Assembly: GCF_006345805.1 (NCBI RefSeq)
Contig: NW_021834782.1
Span: forward strand, 1 to 25,924
Length of the DNA: 25,924 bases
Direction: 5' to 3'
Origin: Octopus sinensis
Taxonomy: Eukaryota
Part shown: positions 19,471-25,924 of the stretch, piece by piece
How positions within the stretch are numbered: position 1 is the first letter of the stretch
Layout: every line of letters begins with the position of its first letter
Notes under the pieces: model-generated
The model's database searches: none
Seen by the model: only the letters and a program-made list of their open reading frames with translations
What the model was told of the DNA's origin: nothing
Position numbers and translations under genes: made by a program

Positions 19471-19789
19471 ATTTATATATATATAAGGAGAGATAGAGAT
19501 AGTCATGGTGAAAGAGTTTGTGCTGTAGTGTTATTATTATATGAATCTCCTTTCTACTTGATATAAAATTATAAACCTAGCACAATCAATCACTCAGCAA
19601 CATAGCCCTTGATTTACACATGAACTGCAATTATCTCACTCGGGGAGATACAGAACAGAGTAAGATGATACGTGATACAGTGCAACTGTAACTATCATAA
19701 TTCTTATTTATGCGTGCTTTGTTTTAACAATCACTTGTAATGGTATCGAGGATATGACGAGTGCAGAGAAACACACGTATTATACATGC

Positions 19790-19834
19790 ATATGCATGTA
19801 TGTGTGCGTGCGTGCATACGTGTGTGTGTGTATA

Positions 19835-19876
<42 letters not shown>

Positions 19877-19981
19877 ATATACATATATACACATATGTGT
19901 ATAATATATGTGTGTGTGTATATATATATATAATATATATATATATATTCATATATATATATATATTATATATACACACAA

Positions 19982-20012
<31 letters not shown>

Positions 20013-20360
20013 ATGTATACATATATACACATGGTATATATGTGTGTGTGTATATATATATATATATTATATATACATACATATATATACGTATATACAT
20101 ATATATATATATATGTATATATATAATATATATATATATGTGTATGTATATATATCTATATACATATATATACATATACACACATGTATATATATACATA
20201 TAAATATATGCATATGTGTGTATATACATATATATACATATATACACACACACACACATATATATACATATAAATATATGCATATGTGTGTATATACATA
20301 TATATATATACATATATACACACACACACATTATATATATATATACATATATATATATGA
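19790..20360. repeat. Compound (TA)n/(TG)n/(CA)n microsatellite (also 19260-19490)
   Basis: Direct inspection. Confidence 0.95.
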
Positions 20361-21434
20361 CCTATTCTTGAACGTTTACAAGCTCACAGAGACATGTGTT
20401 TGAGCGTATGTGACCTATCCATGTAATATGCGCTTGTGTGTGTCTGTGTGTGTGGTGTGTGTGTGTGTGTGTGCGCACACACATACACACACACACAGAC
20501 ACACACACGCACTATATCGTTCACGTGTTTGCTCGTTTATGAGAACATATAACATGTGCTGTTCTTTACTACGATTGTGAGAATATCTGTAGGCGATTTG
20601 TTATTTGTCGAAACTTTTATAATATTTCTGTGTACATAATTTTGTTTATTGATGACAAGGTTGAATCTCATAATTCCAGCGGAATCCACATAAACAAACT
20701 TCTTAATTCAACATGTTATTACTCTTTCAGAAACATCCGTTAAGGGCATTGTTCAGAATATAAGACATGATCGTTTGAACTAGACTTAAGGAGTGTTAGA
20801 TAAATAACGAACAATAGTTTGCTTGGCTACCAGCATCTTTGAGAATAGTATTGATGATATCAAAGAGGTTTCTTCAATTTTATTTTTATTCTTTATATAT
20901 ATTTTATATCGTAATTAGTGAATGGCAGCGTATTTAGTTACAGGAAACCAATGGCTCATTTGCTGGACCCGTTACTGATTTCTGAAGACAAGGGAGAAAA
21001 GAATGATTTTCAACAGATGTAAGAGTATAACTGCACATAGATCGATGCGAATATATCCTAACACTCCACAGACGCATGCCTACTCAGGCATATCCCCTTA
21101 CATATCCATATCTGTGCGCTTATGTACTCAGATATATGTGTGCATATATATACATATATGTGTGTGTGTGTACATAAATGCATGTATAAATGTGTACATA
21201 TGTTTTGGTAGGGTGTATATTGTGTATGTGTGTGCATGTGTATATATGAATCACATAGATATCTTAGAAATCTATTCCGCGCATACAAAAACAGCTATAC
21301 TAAAAATCCGTCATACCCCCATCATCAGCTGTCCCACGGATATCACTATGGTTTCGACACCTGTGCAGAACCATTCAAACCGGTGGTGCTACATTACTAA
21401 CGTAAGTGATGTTTAGTAACAAACATACCATATA

Positions 21435-21468
<34 letters not shown>

Positions 21469-23324
21469 CACCACACTCATTCAATCTTAATTCTAGGAAG
21501 GATTAAACTAACATTAGTAATTCAATTTTTTGTCTGTCTGTCTGTCTTTTTTTTACTCTTGTGGATTCCAAGTAGTTAGCATCAGCTAGTTTGATATGGA
21601 TTCTTGTCTTTGATTGTTTAAGTAGTAGTAGAGAAAGGAGGCGAATAATGATGATAATAATAATAATAAGAAGAAGAAGCATGGTCTACGCTCTCTGAAG
21701 AGTAAAACCTTTAAGTGAGCAAATTGGACCATCACTTTGCCACGAAGGGCGTTTTTGGGTCACCATATAGATACTCCTGCGCTGTTTTGCGTTTACCTCC
21801 AATAAGTCAGGGATTCTTAGCTATTTTTTTCATCTATGGACCCCTTTGACTACTGTTTCATTCTGGTGCCCACCCCCACATAGCTATCTGCTGTTTAAAC
21901 CCTAGAGTTATTGATACGTCTTTCAGAATTCTTGTTTTGTTATTCACTCATTAACAAAACGTTTCTTGCAATAAATACTTCTGAAATAAAACTTTTTCAT
22001 TGGTCCTTAATATACTACTGCGGATCTCCAATTTACTATTTTTCTGGCGTGGGCCGTTCCTATCCCATCAAAAGAACAATAACCTTATATGGCACCCCTG
22101 TGGTCATATGGACTTCAATTCAGAACCTCTAAATTAGTCGTTTCATATTCTGACAATAAACAGGAATGTCAACATATTTGTGTCATGAACACTGCTTATG
22201 TTATACATTGCTTCGAAACTTTCTGAAAGAACGTATCAGTGCTTTGGGAATTGTCACATTCTATCCTTGGTTATTGAATGTTAGACATCTATTTGTATTT
22301 GCAAATATAAATTTCAGTTGATGCAAGCACTTATTCAATAGCAGGTGTTGTATTCAGATAATAGATGGAAAAATATCTCTAAGATTAGGCTATAGCACGC
22401 ATGCGAAATATACAGAATGGGAAGATTATTTGCAATATATGAAGTGAATGCTGTTTAACATTACTGACGCTGGCATCCAGTGCGCTGCTAAAAGTACTTT
22501 ACACTGTCAAGATTATACAGCAAGGAAACCGGAGAACGAAGTATCTTACTAAAGGTCGGAAGCATGTCAACGATCTGTTAATATGCAGGTTTTTCTTTCT
22601 TATACTACACCCGCTTTTAACCTCTTAACATTTTTTTTTCAATTTCCATAAACAAATATATTTTTTTTTTATTATTTATTTTGCATCTGTAAATAAAGAA
22701 GAATAAATACACAAGTTATTTTCGATCAGTTATGATTTATTTGTAATTTACTTATTGTTAATTGTAGAAAAGGGGAATAACATCATGAATGAAGAATTTC
22801 GTATTAAAAATAAGTGACAGATGTCTTAGAGTACAGGGAAAGTATATTTTCGTTTAGATATATATTTACTAGACATTTCTGAATGAAAATATACGAGATA
22901 ATATGTTAAGAGGTTAATTCTCTTCGGCTTCCCATCCAACCTTAATTTTATTCCTTTAATATGCCCTCACCCACTCCTCTTCCTATTTTTTCTCCCCACA
23001 TTTTTTCTTTGTCACTTATCCAATTTCTATTGCCTTGTATTTTCTGTTTGAGTGCAAAGGTCTCGTTGTCTTGCGTTCATCATTTGCAGCCAGTTTCTCA
23101 AACAAAGTGTATGGCAAACTCTGCCGTTTTGTTTCCATTTTTTATTCTTGTAAATTTTAACATAGAAAAGGGGGCTTTGACAGAAACGTTGGACATTTTA
23201 CTCTATATTTTCACTGTTCTGCTTCTATGGCGTTTTCTAAAACCTTCAGAGCAATCTCTATAACATGTTGTGTGAATTACCGTTGAAACAAGTGGATGTT
23301 ACCATTCATTACAACGATATACGT

Positions 23325-23545
23325 GGAGGCACCATGATCGTAAGGTTGTGGTTTCGATTCCTGGATCGAGTGACGCGTTGTGTTCTTGAGCAAAACACTT
23401 CATTTCACGTTGCTCCAGTCCACTCAGCTGGCAAAAATGAGTAACGCTCCGATAGACTGGCGTCCAGTCCAGCTGGGGAACACATACGCCATAGAAACCG
23501 GGAAACCGAGCCCATGAGCCTGGCTAGGCTTTAAAAGGGATCATT
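23325..23545 (+). mobile_element. tRNA-derived SINE, family C, 5'-damaged
   Basis: B box GGTTTCGATTCC, then GTGTTCTTGAGCAAAACACTT and CGATAGACTGGCGTCCAGTCCAG blocks resembling widespread SINE central domains; ends at (TATC)n. Confidence 0.7.
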
Positions 23546-24252
23546 TATCTATCTATATATCTATCTATATATCTATCTATCTATCTATCTATTCACACAT
23601 ACATACTTTCAAACATGTATGCTGAAATGTGTGCCTGTATGCGGATGCACGTGCACATATTCGTAAGCGTATATATGTATGAAGGTGATCCAATCCGTGT
23701 CCACCACCAACGATTTTCTGTTTCTGAATTTGTATGTCGAGAACTACATTATGGCGTATAACCTATAATGAAGATAGTAAGGCGTAGATTTCTTTGCTGT
23801 TATTATTGCTGATGGAGAGAGAGAGGGGGAAGGAAGGAGAGAGGGGGAAGGAAGGAGAGAGTGGGGAGGGTGGGAGTAAAATACAGAGGTAAACTCTTAA
23901 TTATGCCGATGTCTAAAAGCATATTAATTTCTATAGACTAAATGCTGTGATGTTGATTATGGCACTTTAATTCGAAGTGTTCATGAATGAAAAGAATTAA
24001 TGGACGTGTTTAATTGCAACTGAAATGAATTATGAAACTAATAATAGAATTAAAATAAAGGCCGATGGACACACATACAGTGAAGGAGAGGGAGAGAAAG
24101 AGAGAGTGGGAGAGGGGAAGATAACAAGAGAAAAAGGGAGATAAATGCTGAGTGTTTATATTAGAGAACAATGCATGAACGCTAAAGATGATATTCAACT
24201 TAGCGTTGTATTATATTTTGTTTTAAATACTTTTTAATTTTTAATGTTTCAT

Positions 24253-24410
24253 GAAGGCAGCGAGGTGGCTATATCGTTAGCAAGCCGGACATGTCGACTC
24301 TGCCATTCATCCGTTCTGTGTTGATGAAATAAGCACCGGTTGAGTATTATAGTTGATGTAATCAAATAGCCCACCTCTTCCAGCCACCATCTCAGGCCTT
24401 TTGCCTGTGA
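24253..24410 (+). mobile_element. Old family B SINE with internal deletion
   Basis: GAAGGCAGCGAGGTGGC..CGTTAGCAAGCCGG joined to GTCGACTCTGCCATTCATCC..GATGAAATAAGCACC. Confidence 0.6.
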
Positions 24411-24716
24411 CAGAAAGATTACATTACTCATACATTCAAAATATTTGTTTTTGTCAAGATGTAGCTTCTGTGGTTTCGATTGACATCAGACACAGACAAA
24501 AGATATCAGAGAAAATCTAAGTTTCAATACACTATGTTTTTTTTCTTATATTTTAGTTAGTATATAAAGATATATAATATTCTAAGAGTCATTTCCTTTT
24601 TAAGATGATATATAGTTTCATGTTATCTCTGTTGTGAAACACCTATCATGCCATAGGGTGTATATAACCAACGGGAAGCTTTCCCTACCAATTAATAATT
24701 TTGATTTAAAGAATGT

Positions 24717-24747
<31 letters not shown>

Positions 24748-24790
24748 TAATGTGTGTGTGTGTGTGTGTGTGTGTATGTATATATAATAT

Positions 24791-24978
24791 ATAAGGGAAG
24801 GTTTACGAAAATAAGCAAAAGACGAAAGCAGGTGGAGTACAAACAAGCAAATGTATTATTATAGCGGTCAGGAATAGAAAAAGTCTTGTACGTTTCGAGC
24901 CCACGCTCTTCGACAGAAAGATACACAGAAAGAAAAAAGGAGAGAAAAAAATGCGTGTAGGAGCTAACGATCATTCGA
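24791..24978 (-). mobile_element. Penelope-like short repeat family P1, third copy (hammerhead-like motif 24884-24922 on - strand, core CUGUCGA)
   Basis: Reverse complement of 7385-7582 and the same subtype; also abuts (TA)n at the same end. Confidence 0.75.
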
Positions 24979-24984
24979 ATGGAT

Positions 24985-25108
24985 TTCCTTTGTTTTAAGC
25001 TTAGTCTGACTATCATCATTAATTCCAATGGGTTTAATCTGGAAAGAAAACAGCATCAATTGAGCTATCAGCTGCTAAAGTGTGTATACAATTTTTGGAA
25101 CAACCCTG
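24985..25108 (-). mobile_element. Possible solitary Tc1/mariner terminus
   Basis: Minus strand reads TA|CAGGGTTGTTCCAAAAATTGTATACACACTTT, a typical mariner-like TIR start. No partner end found. Confidence 0.4.
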
Positions 25109-25118
25109 TAATATATAT

Positions 25119-25157
<39 letters not shown>

Positions 25158-25669
25158 GGGAGGAGGCTAAGTTTAGTCCAGCGGGTAAGGCTGGATATTT
25201 ACATCAACTAATTCTCAACAGATGAAAATATATCGCTAAAATGCAGAATATTGTAACCAGCAGAATAGACAGCAATGGTAAATAATTTTATCTTGTTTTC
25301 ACTTGATGGGTGAAGGTATCTTAAAAAAAAAAAAATTAATATTTCAATAATGCATAGAATTGCCTTTCAAGGAAGTGTTTAGCAAACCTGAACGCGGTTA
25401 CCTTCATAAGGTGGCACCGTAGAAACTAAATAATCTTGTATGTAAAATATTAGATAACGACGCTTCTCATGAATTTATGAATGCATGAAATGCTATTATT
25501 CATGACAACTGCAACAGAAGAGTAGTTGAGAACTGTATTCAGACATCAGCTGCCACAGCTTTGGAATCCATTTTTCGCATCGATAAGAAGTAGTAACAAT
25601 AATACTGCGTGAAACGCTTCTGGTATTACGTTGGTGAGTTTCAATTGGTTAGTTACATATACGCAGATG

Positions 25670-25924
25670 TATATCTATCTATATATATATATATATATAA
25701 TATATACATATATATATATACATGCAATCATATATATATACATGCATACATATATATATACATGCATACATACATATATACATGCATACATACATATATA
25801 CATGCATACATACACATATATACATATTATATATACATACCTACACATATATAATACATACCAACACATATATACATACATACATATATATATACAATAC
25901 ATACACATATACACACACATATAT
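25670..25924. repeat. (TA)n/(CATA)n/CATGCA microsatellite
   Basis: Direct inspection. Confidence 0.95.

Larger units (their letters stand above)
1..25924 (+). other. Window lies within a kainate-type iGluR gene (introns 4432-6947, 7146-8252, 8581->25924; upstream intron ..4317)
   Basis: Three exons splice in frame via canonical GT-AG introns (phases 0,0,1). No ATD exon was recognised upstream and no M3 exon downstream within the window. Confidence 0.8.

Noticed and set aside
24979-25170. ORF containing LSLTIIINS, superficially like M3 FTLIIISS
   Set aside because: No WWFF, SYTANLAAF or suitable phase-1 acceptor. It overlaps repeat ends, including a mariner-like TIR.

Overview
Eukaryotic, AT-rich, microsatellite- and transposon-dense genomic DNA. 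The SINE families and (TA)n/(CA)n landscape look like a coleoid cephalopod (Octopus-like); this is inferred from recalled repeat families and was not checked by search. The whole window appears to lie inside one + strand kainate-type ionotropic glutamate receptor gene (GRIK-like). Three coding exons are supported: 4318-4431 (ATD-S1 linker), 6948-7145 (S1) and 8253-8580 (S1-M1-M2, ending at the Q/R site MQQG). No M3 exon was found in the remaining 17.3 kb. The introns hold three tRNA-derived SINE families, two non-autonomous Helitrons, a hAT MITE with a nested RTE 3' end, a CR1 3' end, a decayed DD37D (maT) mariner with a nested SINE, and Penelope-like short repeats. Best observations: (1) two repeat families fold into minimal type-I hammerhead-ribozyme architectures with non-canonical cores (A6U in three copies that vary at N7; a G3:C8 swap in one copy). 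Both have a sense-strand copy in the receptor pre-mRNA and both sit in long inverted repeats. (2) A 15-bp helix can join the GluK2 Y/C-homologous codon to the Q/R codon and the 5' splice site. Almost all long ORFs in the supplied track are microsatellite artefacts.
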